Shown here: piece after piece, positions 35,654 to 45,826 of the stretch
Position numbering within the stretch: position 1 is the first letter of the stretch
How the letters are laid out: each line of letters starts with the position of its first letter
DNA from: Patescibacteria group bacterium
GTDB taxonomy: Bacteria; Patescibacteriota; Minisyncoccia; 2-02-FULL-40-12
Length of the DNA stretch: 64,000 nt
Direction of reading: 5' to 3'
Assembly (NCBI GenBank): GCA_038062015.1
Contig: JBBTXZ010000003.1
Coordinates: 7,857 to 71,856, forward strand
Program-made: the position numbers and the translations under genes
The notes under the pieces: model-generated
Told to the model about the DNA's origin: nothing
What the model saw: the letters and a program-made list of their open reading frames with translations, nothing else
Database searches by the model: none

Positions 35654-38067
35654 GAAAGGTAAGCTCTCTGCCCTGCAATCAGGTTTCGGGTTTGAATTTT
35701 TTGCTCCTTAGAATCTTTAGGCCATCTCAAAGCCGCTTTTAAAACATCGTCCATGTGTTCGACAAAAATAAAATCCACTTCTTTTTTGATTTCTTGGGGT
35801 ACATCATCAAGGTCTTTTTCATTGTCTTTAGGCAGAATTATATTCTTAATGCCAGCCCGGTGAGCAGCCAGAACTTTTTCTTTAAGTCCGCCGATTTCAA
35901 GAACCTTGCCTCTTAAAGTTACCTCTCCAGTCATGGCCACGTCTTTTCTGACTTTAACTCCGGCAAAAAGCGAAACCAAGGCAGTAGAAATGGTTATCCC
36001 CGCTGAGGGACCGTCTTTGGGAATTGCGCCTGAAGGAACATGGATGTGGATGTCGTAATTGTAAAAGTTTTTTGCCAATCTTCCGATGCTTGAAGTGTGA
36101 GCCCGGGAAAAAGATAAAGCCGTCTTAGCCGACTCCTTCATCACATTGCCTAAATGACCAGTAAGTTCCAGCTTCCCTTTACCCGGCATTTTGGTTACTT
36201 CAACAGCCAAAACTTCCCCGCCGACTGAAGTCCAGGCCAATCCCGTGGCTACCCCAATTTCGTCTCTTTTTTCGGCTAATTGGGAAGTGTACCTTTCCGG
36301 ACCCAAGAATTTCCTCAAAGAAGTAGCTTCAACTGAAATTTTTCCGCCTTTCCGATGATTTTCAACTATATCTCTGACATTTTTCCTAACCACTTTGGCT
36401 AATTGCCTTTCCAAATCCCTGACTCCGGCTTCGCGGGTGTATTTAGCGATTATCTCTTTGACTGCCGGGCCGGTGAAATTAACTATTTTCTCGACTCCAT
36501 GCTCTTTAACAAGCTTGGGAATCAGGAACCCCTCGGCAATATGAAATTTTTCATGCTCGGTATAGCCGGGGAATTCTATTATTTCAAGCCGGTCTCTCAA
36601 GGCCGGCGGAATGGTATCTAAAACATTGGCCGTAGTAATGAATAAAACATTAGACAAATCAAATGACACCTCTAGATAATGGTCTGAAAAAGAATAGTTT
36701 TGCTGGGGATCAAGCGCCTCTAAAAGAGCGGCTGACGGATCACCCCTGAAGTCGTAGCCAATCTTATCTATTTCATCAAGCATGAAAACGGGATTATTTA
36801 CTTTAACTGTATGAATGCCCTGAATAATCCGGCCGGGCAAAGCGCCGACATAAGTCCGGCGGTGCCCTCTTATTTCGGCCTCATCCCTTACTCCGCCCAA
36901 AGAAATTCTTAAAAATTTACGGCCTAAAGCCCTTGCAATCGACTGGCCGATTGAAGTTTTTCCGGTTCCGGGCGGACCGATGAAACAAAGAATCGGGCCT
37001 TTAATTTTACCAACCTGCTTTTGAACGGCCAAATATTCTAAAATTCTCTCCTTGGCTTTTTCAAGACCGTAGTGGTCTTCTTCCAGAATTTGGGAAGCTT
37101 TTTTAATGTCTATTTTGCTTTTAGTCGAATCTGACCAAGGAACTTCAACCAACCAATCAAGATAAGTCCTGATATAGGAAACCTCGGGGCTGAAAGACGG
37201 CATTTTTTCCATCCGCTCAAGTTCTTTAGATGCCTTAGCCTCGACTTCTTTAGGCATTTTCGCGTCTTTTATTTTTTTGCGGAGGGTTTCAAATTCAGTT
37301 TTTTCGCCGGAGAGTCCCAGTTCTTTCTCAATACTCCTAAGCTGCTCACGGAGATAAACTTCCTTCTGCATTTTACCAAGCTGTTTTCTGGTTTCTTTAG
37401 CTAGTTTTTTCTCCGTTTCTAAAATCTCGACTTCTTTAAGAAGCTTCTTATTGATTTCCCTAAGGGGCCCCCTTATATCAACCGTTTCGAGTATCTTTTG
37501 TTGATCGACAACACTAAGATAACCAAGCATAGAAAGCTGGGAAACGAGTATGTAAAGAACCTGTTCATAATCCTTGATATTTTTGATTAAATTGAGAAAA
37601 TCCTGGGGAAGAGGCCTTATGACTTCGGAAATCTTGGCGAAATTTTCCAAAATTGACCTGATTAAAGCTCCGGCTTCAACTTCTCCACTGAATTCAATAG
37701 CCAAGGGTTCTATTTTGGCTGAAAGATAAGGCTCGGTTTGGGGATAGTTTAAAATTCTAACTCTTTTAATGCCTTCTACTTCCACCCGAGCTTGACCGCC
37801 GCTCATTTTCATAACCATATTTATTTTGCCCAGTGTCCCGACAGAGTAAAGATTTTCCGGAATAATATCTTCGGAGTGGTTTTTTTGGGTTACGAAGACA
37901 GCCAGTTTGTCTTCTGACATAGCTTTGTCCAAAGCGGCCATGGTTTTAGACCGGCCGATTAAAAGAGGCAGAGGCACGATTAAAGTGGGAAGCAAAACCA
38001 CTTCCCGCAAAGCGATTACCGGAAGTTCTTCTTTAACTATAAAATTATTTGCTTTAAATTCTGCCAT
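35650..38067 (-). CDS. lon: ATP-dependent protease La
   Basis: GPPGTGKTS, RRTYVGALPG, PKDGPSAG, IGGLKEK. Confidence 0.97.
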   Translation of the reverse strand: MAEFKANNFIVKEELPVIALREVVLLPTLIVPLPLLIGRSKTMAALDKAMSEDKLAVFVTQKNHSEDIIPENLYSVGTLGKINMVMKMSGGQARVEVEGIKRVRILNYPQTEPYLSAKIEPLAIEFSGEVEAGALIRSILENFAKISEVIRPLPQDFLNLIKNIKDYEQVLYILVSQLSMLGYLSVVDQQKILETVDIRGPLREINKKLLKEVEILETEKKLAKETRKQLGKMQKEVYLREQLRSIEKELGLSGEKTEFETLRKKIKDAKMPKEVEAKASKELERMEKMPSFSPEVSYIRTYLDWLVEVPWSDSTKSKIDIKKASQILEEDHYGLEKAKERILEYLAVQKQVGKIKGPILCFIGPPGTGKTSIGQSIARALGRKFLRISLGGVRDEAEIRGHRRTYVGALPGRIIQGIHTVKVNNPVFMLDEIDKIGYDFRGDPSAALLEALDPQQNYSFSDHYLEVSFDLSNVLFITTANVLDTIPPALRDRLEIIEFPGYTEHEKFHIAEGFLIPKLVKEHGVEKIVNFTGPAVKEIIAKYTREAGVRDLERQLAKVVRKNVRDIVENHRKGGKISVEATSLRKFLGPERYTSQLAEKRDEIGVATGLAWTSVGGEVLAVEVTKMPGKGKLELTGHLGNVMKESAKTALSFSRAHTSSIGRLAKNFYNYDIHIHVPSGAIPKDGPSAGITISTALVSLFAGVKVRKDVAMTGEVTLRGKVLEIGGLKEKVLAAHRAGIKNIILPKDNEKDLDDVPQEIKKEVDFIFVEHMDDVLKAALRWPKDSKEQKIQTRNLIAGQRAYLS

Positions 38068-38085
38068 CTTTTTACTTATTATTTT

Positions 38086-38340
38086 TTACTTATTACTTAA
38101 ATAAACTTCGTCGCCTTCTTTCACTTTCTCCTTCACTTTTATCCCGACCACGTCACCTTTTCCGGCCTCGTCAATCTGGTCATGCTCAATCTGCATTGAA
38201 TCAACTGTTTGTTCAAAATCGACGCTCTTGCCCTTTAAATGAACAGTATCTCCCTTTTTCAGCTTATCCGATAATTCAACGATTCCGACGCCGATACCGT
38301 TATAATAATGAGTTATTTTACCAATTAATTTTTCATCCAC
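38086..38340 (-). CDS. Small EF-Tu-domain-2-like beta-barrel protein (GTG start)
   Basis: IGKITHYY..IGVG..L...LK.GD...FEQ.V.SMQI.H. Confidence 0.7.
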   Translation of the reverse strand: MDEKLIGKITHYYNGIGVGIVELSDKLKKGDTVHLKGKSVDFEQTVDSMQIEHDQIDEAGKGDVVGIKVKEKVKEGDEVYLSNK

Positions 38341-38422
38341 CCCGTTAAGAAGTAGTATCAGCCACACACAGGTTTCACCGATGTATCTTTGATACTTACT
38401 TAAATTATACTATCACTTTGTG

Positions 38423-38513
38423 ATGCTCCCCGCTAGGCCCCGTTAGAGGCCGCAAGGGCTCACAGCGTGCCTCTGCCTCTAACAGGGTAGGGCTACTTCT
38501 AACGGGGTCCATC
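38423..38513. repeat. GC-rich intergenic palindromic element
   Basis: ccccgttaga can pair with either tctaacaggg or tctaacgggg. Confidence 0.7.
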
Positions 38514-38549
38514 AAGTTTTTATGTAAACATTATAAACTCTTTCGACCG

Positions 38550-39134
38550 TTATTCTCCTGCTGGCGGAGAAATTTTAAGTTCTTCTTGTTCTTGTTCGAT
38601 TAATTTTACGAGCTTAGTCACCAGTTCTTTCGGTTCATTAGAAAAAACCACTTTGCCGGCGCCGTGCCGATGAGGATCTTTGATATTAATCAAAAGGTTC
38701 GAAATTTCTTCGGCCGCGCCGCCGGTGCCGGTTAAGATCCCGATTGGCTTATTGTCTTCCAAAGCAATCGTAAATTCATTCAAAGTTCCAAAGCCGCCGC
38801 ATATAACTATAACAGCGTCGGCAGACTTTGTCAATAATAAATTCCTTCCTGAATAATCAAATCCAGTAAAAATAATAGTGTCATAATATTGGATCGGAAG
38901 TTTATAGGTTTTCAGGTGGTGCTGATAAGAAGCGGCTGGGCTCACGCCGATGACAATGCCGCCTTCCTCTTTCGCTCCCTTAGCTGAAAAATCAGGAATA
39001 CCGCTAGTGGCGCCGGTAAGCAGTATCCCGCCTTGGCGGATTATTTCCCGGCCGACTTCTTCGGCTTTTTGGGGCGCGTCTATTTCACAAAAACCCGGAT
39101 CAGCCGCTCCGGAAACAGCAAACTTATATTTCAT
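38550..39134 (-). CDS. LOG/SLOG-family nucleotide-binding protein
   Basis: LLTGATSG, GRNLLL, GGFGTLNE, GTGG. Confidence 0.85.
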   Translation of the reverse strand: MKYKFAVSGAADPGFCEIDAPQKAEEVGREIIRQGGILLTGATSGIPDFSAKGAKEEGGIVIGVSPAASYQHHLKTYKLPIQYYDTIIFTGFDYSGRNLLLTKSADAVIVICGGFGTLNEFTIALEDNKPIGILTGTGGAAEEISNLLINIKDPHRHGAGKVVFSNEPKELVTKLVKLIEQEQEELKISPPAGE

Positions 39135-39156
39135 TATTTAAATATACTCCGTACTT

Positions 39157-39972
39157 TTAAAAAAATAAAGCTACAAGATATCCTACTATCGACATAGCTG
39201 CAATCGGCGGCAAGGCCGCCATCGGCCGCCTGGTTTTCTGGGTAATGAAAAGATAATAAGTCAAAAAGAGGCCGAGCATAGAAAAAAGGAAAACAACCAG
39301 TCCGCTGGCCAAACCGTGAAATCCGATAACCGAGGCAATCAAAAGAAGCGGCATAACTATATCGCCTGAGCCTAAAATCATAAACTCGCTACCGGGCACT
39401 CTGACATTTCTAAGATTTTCTTTCCAGCCCTGAAATTTTTTGGGAATAACCAGACCGAAAATCGCCCTTGATTTAATCATATCCTCGGCCATCTTGACCA
39501 TATGGCCGGTTTTATAGACAGCGATGATGTCGTAAAAAGATAAAATCAGCAAAAGAATAATAACTGACAAAGGTTTAAGCGAAATTCCTAAAACAGCACC
39601 GATGCCAGCCAGAGCCAGGACAATTCCGATATTGTGAAGCAGGACTATTTTTGCTTTCAAAACCCCGAAAGTAAGCAAAACGGCGATAAGAGTGGAAACA
39701 ATAACTTCGTTAAAAAGAAGAGAAAAAACCGTCTGGCTACCGGCAAAAACAGCAAGACCGAGAATCAATCTGAAAAAGAAAGCTGATTTGCGGGAAAATT
39801 TTCTGGTAAAATAAATAAAAAGAGTTAAGAAAATCAGGAAAAAAACTATTTCGCCGGCGGTCAAATCAAAGGCAATCTGATTTTGGATTAAAGTCTGGCT
39901 TTTCAAAACTACAAAAATCCCAATCAACTGGGTCATCGCAAAAAGTAATAATTCTTGAAAAAACAAAATCAA
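39157..39972 (-). CDS. Presenilin/signal-peptide-peptidase-like (A22) intramembrane aspartyl protease
   Basis: SFYDIIAV, ILGSGDIV, MAALPP; about 9 TM helices. Confidence 0.85.
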   Translation of the reverse strand: MILFFQELLLFAMTQLIGIFVVLKSQTLIQNQIAFDLTAGEIVFFLIFLTLFIYFTRKFSRKSAFFFRLILGLAVFAGSQTVFSLLFNEVIVSTLIAVLLTFGVLKAKIVLLHNIGIVLALAGIGAVLGISLKPLSVIILLLILSFYDIIAVYKTGHMVKMAEDMIKSRAIFGLVIPKKFQGWKENLRNVRVPGSEFMILGSGDIVMPLLLIASVIGFHGLASGLVVFLFSMLGLFLTYYLFITQKTRRPMAALPPIAAMSIVGYLVALFF

Positions 39973-39974
39973 AG

Positions 39975-40757
39975 TTATCTATAATAAATCCTATTATTCA
40001 CCCGCAGATCGATGTATTGAAGGTTTTGGCGGCGGTCAGCCGGAAGTTTTTCTTCTAAAAATTTCTTCAACGCCACCAACTGGGTCGGGATATCGCTTTC
40101 TTTATCCAAATAGACATACCAGCCTTCCTTGGTCTTTATCCAAAACTCAAACGAGCCCGGCGCTAGAAAAAAATTATTATAAGCAACTATTTTCAACTCG
40201 TCTAAGATTTTTTTAGCTGAATTTATCTTTTCAAGAAATTCCCGATCGTCAAGACTGTCGGTCAAATTAAAGTCCCTTTCCCGACCGTCTTCTATAGCCA
40301 GAAGCGCTTCGCCTGAAAATCGGGCAGCTGGTTTAAATAAAAACCCGTCTTTATCTAAATAGAAGCATTGGTCCTGCCCGCTTTTGCACCATATTCCGGC
40401 CGCCTTCCTTTCATCTATCCGGACGCTTAAATATTTATTGAAAAAATTTTTGCTGACGTCGGCTTGGCCAATGATCGGAAAATTTTCTTTGAGAGAATCC
40501 TCTATCTTTTTAGAACTGGAAAAAAGAATATTTGAAAACGGCTTGGTTATTTTTTTAATCTCTTCTTCGCTTATTTCCTGATTGCCGCTTAATTCAATTC
40601 CTTTTACTGAAAACCAGCCGGAAAAAAATAAGGCATAAGCCCCAAATATGATAAAGGTTGCCAGCGAAGAAACAACCAAAAAAGCGACTCTGATTTTTCG
40701 CTTTTTTCTTTTACTTCTTAACTCGTCGCGGTAGCCATGTTGTAAATATCTATCCAT
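39975..40757 (-). CDS. FtsQ/DivIB-like protein
   Basis: Basic N-terminus, TM, POTRA-like F.VK.I.L.GN, C-terminal YIDLRV.NRIYY. Confidence 0.75.
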   Translation of the reverse strand: MDRYLQHGYRDELRSKRKKRKIRVAFLVVSSLATFIIFGAYALFFSGWFSVKGIELSGNQEISEEEIKKITKPFSNILFSSSKKIEDSLKENFPIIGQADVSKNFFNKYLSVRIDERKAAGIWCKSGQDQCFYLDKDGFLFKPAARFSGEALLAIEDGRERDFNLTDSLDDREFLEKINSAKKILDELKIVAYNNFFLAPGSFEFWIKTKEGWYVYLDKESDIPTQLVALKKFLEEKLPADRRQNLQYIDLRVNNRIYYR

Positions 40758-40762
40758 ATTCC

Positions 40763-40798
40763 AGTCTCATTTTTATGCTATAGCATAAAAATGAGACT
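40763..40798. repeat. Perfect 36-bp palindrome
   Basis: agtctcatttttatgcta|tagcataaaaatgagact, no spacer. Confidence 0.9.
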
Positions 40799-40816
40799 CA
40801 TAAAATTATGTGGAAA

Positions 40817-42091
40817 TTATAAATTTTTCAAAGCTTTCGGGATTTTTATTGAGCCGTCTTTTTGCTGGTAGTTTTCGAGAATAGCCAAAATAGGTCTTTC
40901 GGGAAAGACGGTCCCATTCAACATATGGACAAATTCCAAATCGCCGTTTTTTCTTCTTAGCCTGATATTCAGACGGCGCGACTGAAAGTCGGTCGCGTTT
41001 GAAGTCGAATGGGTCTCCTTGTATTCGCCTAATCCCGGAAACCAGGTTTCAATGTCAAAAGTTGACGCCGAGGGCCTTGCTAAATCTCCAGTTGAAAGAT
41101 GAACCACTCTGTAAAACAGACCAAGCTCTTTCATTAATTCTTCTTCAACCGCCAAAAATAATTTATGCTCGGAAACAGAATCTTCCGGTCTGGTGTATGA
41201 AAACATCTCCAGTTTATTAAATTGATGAACCCGCATTATTCCACGGACATCTTTTCCATAACTGCCGGCTTCGCGCCGGAAACAGGAAGAAAAAGCGAGA
41301 TACCGAACCGGCAAATCTTTTTCCTCAAAAATTTCATCCATGTGCATCGGTCCGATTGATTGTTCTGAAGTGCCGACCAGATACTTTTTATCTTTTTCCA
41401 AAAAATATCTCTCTTCGCGGTCAGCTTCCGTATCAATATAGCCCATTCCTTTCATTGCTTTTTCGCTTATTAAAACCGGCGGAATCACTGGAATAAATTC
41501 TTGGTCGGAAACATTTAACTTATTTTTCCTGGCAATTTTCCCGACCCACTTTTTGTGTGTTAATCTAGCTAAAGTAAAATTTATCAGGGCAAATTCGAGC
41601 CGGGCGCCAAGCCCTTTCAGATAACCGAAACGGGAACCAGAAACTTTAGCCGCTCTTTCAATATCAATAATTTCCAGCGACTCCCCTATTTCATAATGTT
41701 TTTTTGGTTCAAAACTAAATTTCGGCCTCTCCCCTGCTTCATATAAAATTTTGTTGCTTTTCTCGTCTTTGCCGACCGGCACATCAGCCAAAGGCAGATT
41801 CGGCAACTGATATAAACTTTCATTTAAATTCTTTTCAACCAACTCCAATTCGCTTTCGAGAATTTTGATTTCTTCTTTCAGTTTTTTGAGATTCTCAATC
41901 TCAATCGGATTCGGAATCTTTTTTGACCCCCTATTCATTTCTGCCCTCCCCTCTTCCAATTCCTTCAAAACATGCCTCCGCCTTTCATCTAAACTCAAAA
42001 TGCTATCTACTGACTCGGCGTCAAAATTCCGCTTCTTCAAGCCTTCTTTGACTTCTTCTGGATTTTGTCGGATAAATTTGATGTCAAGCAT
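40817..42091 (-). CDS. serS: Serine--tRNA ligase
   Basis: MLDIKFIR, GTSEQ, FRREAGSYG, RVHQF.KLE, HMLNGT. Confidence 0.97.
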   Translation of the reverse strand: MLDIKFIRQNPEEVKEGLKKRNFDAESVDSILSLDERRRHVLKELEEGRAEMNRGSKKIPNPIEIENLKKLKEEIKILESELELVEKNLNESLYQLPNLPLADVPVGKDEKSNKILYEAGERPKFSFEPKKHYEIGESLEIIDIERAAKVSGSRFGYLKGLGARLEFALINFTLARLTHKKWVGKIARKNKLNVSDQEFIPVIPPVLISEKAMKGMGYIDTEADREERYFLEKDKKYLVGTSEQSIGPMHMDEIFEEKDLPVRYLAFSSCFRREAGSYGKDVRGIMRVHQFNKLEMFSYTRPEDSVSEHKLFLAVEEELMKELGLFYRVVHLSTGDLARPSASTFDIETWFPGLGEYKETHSTSNATDFQSRRLNIRLRRKNGDLEFVHMLNGTVFPERPILAILENYQQKDGSIKIPKALKNL

Positions 42092-42128
42092 AATTTATTA
42101 TACGATGATATATCATTATATCATCGTG

Positions 42129-43442
42129 CTATTCTTTCAGTTTCATCGTTGGGAATAGGATTATTTCGCGCAAATTTTTCGAATTAGTCAAAAACATAAC
42201 CAGACGGTCTATGCCGATGCCAATTCCGGCCGCCGGCGGCATTCCGTATTCCAAGGCCTCCAGAAATTCCTTATCATAAGGATGAATTTCGTCGCCTTTT
42301 AATTTTTTTTGTTCATTAAACCTTTCTTTTTGGTCCAAGGGATCATTAAGTTCTGAAAAGGCGTTGCATAATTCAAAACCGCCGGCAATAAGCTGGAACC
42401 GGGCAACATGATGTTCATCTCCTTCTAATTTCTTGGCCAAGGGCGATAGATTAATTGGATGGTCAATTACAAAAGTAGGCTCAATGATTTCCGGCCGGAT
42501 TTTTTTAAAAATTTCATCGGGATTATCTTTTTCTTTCACCAATTCATTAAACTTAATTCTTTTGAAAGGCTTTTTAAAGTTTTCATTTAAATGAACAAAA
42601 AGGTCTTCTGTAAATTCCATTAACCAATTATAATCTTTGTAGGCAAAGTAAGCTTCTAACATTGTAAATTCAGGATTATGGTCGCGGTCAATGCCCTCGT
42701 TCCTGAAATTCCGGCCGATTTCAAAAACGCTTTCAAAACCGCCGATTAAAAGCCGCTTAAGAAAAAGTTCTGGTGCCACTCGAAGATATAAATCCAAATC
42801 AAGAGTGTTTAAATAAGTCTTAAAAGGCTTAGCCAAAGCTCCGCCAGGAATAGTCTGGAGAATCGGCGTTTCAACTTCAATACATCCCCGGTCTAAAAAA
42901 TACTGCCTGATTTTTTGGATTATTTTAAACCTGGATTCAAACCTGCTTTTAACATCCTCGCTGAATATCAAATCCAGATATCTTTTTCTGAATCTCTCTT
43001 CTATATCCTGCAAGCCGTGCCATTTTTCCGGCAAAGGCAAAAGCGTTTTTGTCAGCATTCGGAAACTTTGAACTTCCAGAGTCGGTTCGCCGGCTTTGGT
43101 TTTCATTAAGACGCCGTCTGCTTCAATAAAATCGCCGATGTCGAAATTTTCAACAAAAAATTGGTATTTTTTTTCGCCGAGAACGTCTTTTTTGAAAAAA
43201 AGCTGAATCTTGCCGCTCTCGTCTTTTAAATCGTTGAACAAAGAACCGCCATGCTCCCGCAAAGACATTAAACGGCCAGTCAGAGTCACTTTTTCGCCAA
43301 TTCCTGATAAATCATCAAAATTTTCCAAAACTTCCGAAACCCTATGTGAACGAAAACTCTCCGCCGGATATGGATCAACTCCGGCTTTTCTTATATTTTC
43401 CAGTTTCTTCAGCCTCGCTTTTCTTATTTCTTCCAAAGCCAT
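42129..43442 (-). CDS. lysS: Lysine--tRNA ligase, class II
   Basis: LPEKWHGL, APELFLKRL, FRNEG, HNPEFT, YGMPP.AG.GIGIDRL. Confidence 0.97.
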   Translation of the reverse strand: MALEEIRKARLKKLENIRKAGVDPYPAESFRSHRVSEVLENFDDLSGIGEKVTLTGRLMSLREHGGSLFNDLKDESGKIQLFFKKDVLGEKKYQFFVENFDIGDFIEADGVLMKTKAGEPTLEVQSFRMLTKTLLPLPEKWHGLQDIEERFRKRYLDLIFSEDVKSRFESRFKIIQKIRQYFLDRGCIEVETPILQTIPGGALAKPFKTYLNTLDLDLYLRVAPELFLKRLLIGGFESVFEIGRNFRNEGIDRDHNPEFTMLEAYFAYKDYNWLMEFTEDLFVHLNENFKKPFKRIKFNELVKEKDNPDEIFKKIRPEIIEPTFVIDHPINLSPLAKKLEGDEHHVARFQLIAGGFELCNAFSELNDPLDQKERFNEQKKLKGDEIHPYDKEFLEALEYGMPPAAGIGIGIDRLVMFLTNSKNLREIILFPTMKLKE

Positions 43443-43513
43443 GATTTTAGGATAGCAAAAAAACTTGCTCGGGTATAGCCAATTTCTAAAAGAATAATAG
43501 TGGAGGATTCCTT

Positions 43514-43966
43514 CTATAATATCTCCAAAATCTTGTACCTCGCTTTGCCTCTAAGCGTTTCCACTTCTATTTCATCTCCTTTCTTATGCCCCAAAAACGC
43601 CTTGCCCAGAGGCGACTCGTCGGAAATAAAACCCTTAGCCGGATCTGCCTCGGACGAACCGACAATGGTGAATTGCTGAATCCCGAACTTAGATTCAACT
43701 TTCACTTGAGCACTGACTTCAACAGCTTCATGATTGTGGCCGGCTTCCCTGGAAACCAACTGGGCCCGCCTTAAAATCTCCTCCATTTCCAAAATCCTTC
43801 CCTCATTGAAAGACTGAATCGACAAGGCCTCCTGATATTCGGCATTTTCAGAGAAATCTCCGAGCGCTTTCGCTTCCTGGATTTTTTGGGAAATTTCGAG
43901 GCGCGAAAACTTTCTCTTCTCAAGTTCGTCTTTTATTTTTTTTAGTCCTTCCTGGCTTAAGTACAT
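43514..43966 (-). CDS. greA: Transcription elongation factor GreA
   Basis: GDFSENAEY, ISDESPLGKA. Confidence 0.95.
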   Translation of the reverse strand: MYLSQEGLKKIKDELEKRKFSRLEISQKIQEAKALGDFSENAEYQEALSIQSFNEGRILEMEEILRRAQLVSREAGHNHEAVEVSAQVKVESKFGIQQFTIVGSSEADPAKGFISDESPLGKAFLGHKKGDEIEVETLRGKARYKILEIL

Positions 43967-45826
43967 TTATTTAAAATAGTTTTTTAGAATCCGATACGCT
44001 ATCTGATGCGGTATGTAACTTCCTTCTTTACCCGATTCTATCATTATTGTCAACGCAATCTGTGGATTATCATAGGGAGCGAAAACAGAAATCCAGGAAT
44101 TAGTGCTTTGGCCCTTGATCACTTCGGCCGTTCCACTCTTAGCCCCAACTTCAAAAGGCAGACCAGATAAAACCTTGGCGGTGCCGATCTCGGCGGCCAG
44201 CTTCATGCCCTCTCGGACAACCTTCAGGCTTTCTTCATTGAAATTTAATTCCTGGATAATTTCCGGCTCAAAAGTTTTAATGACGGCGCCTTTTTCATCT
44301 AAAACCTTATCCGCTATGAAAGGCCGATATAAAGCATGGCCGTTGCCAAAAGCCCCGATAAAAGAAGCAACCCAAAGAGGTGTAGCCAATAAATCGCCTT
44401 GGCCGATTGAAACATTAAAAGTATCGCCCTGATACCAGGTTTCTCCGCGAAAATCTTTTTTCCATTCCTGACTCGGCACAAAACCGGCCACCTCGCCTGC
44501 TAAATCTATGCCCAGAAGTGAATTAATTCTAAAAAGCTTAAAATACTCGGCGATCTTTTGAATGCCAAGTCCTTCAACGTCGTAAAAGCCGCCGCCGACG
44601 GTGTAAAAATAAATATCAGAGGAATTAGCGATAGCTTCTTTCATATTCACCCAGCCGTGGTTTTTCCAATCTCTGAAAGTATAAATAATTTCAGGATTAA
44701 AAGGATTGGGAATAGTGATTAGGCCGGGAGCGTTGATTTTTTTTAACGGACTAATCACCTTTTCCTCCAAAGCCGCCAAAGCGATAATCGGTTTTATCGT
44801 TGAACCCGGGGCGAATCGACCAGAAATTACCCGATTAAGCAAAGGCTCTCTCCGATTCTCAAAAAATAATCTAAATTCTTCGGAACTTAATCCATCAGTG
44901 AAGCTCGAATTGTCATATGAAGGCAGGCTGACTAAAGATAAGATCCGGCCATCTCTCGGATCTAAAGCCAAAGCCGTTCCGGAGCGCGAACCAATTTCTT
45001 TTAAGGCCCCATCTAATTCCCGATAGATATTTTTTTGCAATTCAGAATCTATATTTAAAACTAAGCTGTTCCCTTTTTGAGGCACCGAAATCTGATTTTC
45101 GTCTTTGAAACGATTGATAAGAACCTGGCCCCGCCGACCTTTTAACTCGCTTTCATAAAAACTCTCAAGGCCTTCGCGACCGATCTGATCATTGATTTTA
45201 TAATAACCGTCCCTATTGAGATCGTCTTGACTGACCAAACTCACATAACCGATTAAATGTGAAAAAATCTCGCCGTCCGGATAAATTCTGGTACTGCTAA
45301 TGGCAACAAGAAGATTCGTAAAATTCAAGGCCAGAATTCTTTCTTTCTCTTCTTCAGTAAGATCTTTTTTCACTAAAAAAGAAGCCCTGTTCATGTTCTT
45401 TTCAATCAGCTCTGAAAGAAAGTCATGAGGCAAGCCGATAGCTTCAGATAATTTTGAAATTAACTCCTCTTTTTTGCCAGAGCCGACCGGAATTTTTGAA
45501 GGAATCAACCAAAGACTGAAACTTTCTTTATTTGAAGCCAGAAGATTCCCTTCTTTCGAATAAATCAATCCGCGCTGGGGAGGAAGCGGTATTGAAATAA
45601 ATTGATTTTTAGCCGAAAGATCGGCGAAATAACCGCCTTTTACAATCCCAAGATTAAAACCGGCAATCGTAAAAACTCCTAATAGTATCAGAATCCCAAA
45701 ATAAAAAATAATAAAAAAAACAGACATTATCGGTCTTTCAATCTTTGATTCGGGCGAAACTGATTCTAAAAACGACTCTTCTGGATTAAGAGCGTCGCTG
45801 TCTAAACTAACCTTATAGTTTCTCAT
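43967..45826 (-). CDS. mrdA: Class B penicillin-binding protein (PBP2)
   Basis: RGLIY, PGSTIK, SSD, KSGTAE; directly follows mreB. Confidence 0.9.
   Translation of the reverse strand: MRNYKVSLDSDALNPEESFLESVSPESKIERPIMSVFFIIFYFGILILLGVFTIAGFNLGIVKGGYFADLSAKNQFISIPLPPQRGLIYSKEGNLLASNKESFSLWLIPSKIPVGSGKKEELISKLSEAIGLPHDFLSELIEKNMNRASFLVKKDLTEEEKERILALNFTNLLVAISSTRIYPDGEIFSHLIGYVSLVSQDDLNRDGYYKINDQIGREGLESFYESELKGRRGQVLINRFKDENQISVPQKGNSLVLNIDSELQKNIYRELDGALKEIGSRSGTALALDPRDGRILSLVSLPSYDNSSFTDGLSSEEFRLFFENRREPLLNRVISGRFAPGSTIKPIIALAALEEKVISPLKKINAPGLITIPNPFNPEIIYTFRDWKNHGWVNMKEAIANSSDIYFYTVGGGFYDVEGLGIQKIAEYFKLFRINSLLGIDLAGEVAGFVPSQEWKKDFRGETWYQGDTFNVSIGQGDLLATPLWVASFIGAFGNGHALYRPFIADKVLDEKGAVIKTFEPEIIQELNFNEESLKVVREGMKLAAEIGTAKVLSGLPFEVGAKSGTAEVIKGQSTNSWISVFAPYDNPQIALTIMIESGKEGSYIPHQIAYRILKNYFK

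Noticed and set aside
25180-42127. Short hairpins at ~25180-25202 (ttccggaagc/gcttccggaa) and 42102-42127 (acgatgatata/tatatcatcgt)
   Set aside because: Real inverted repeats, but single-copy in this window with no U tract or family link, so no function can be supported
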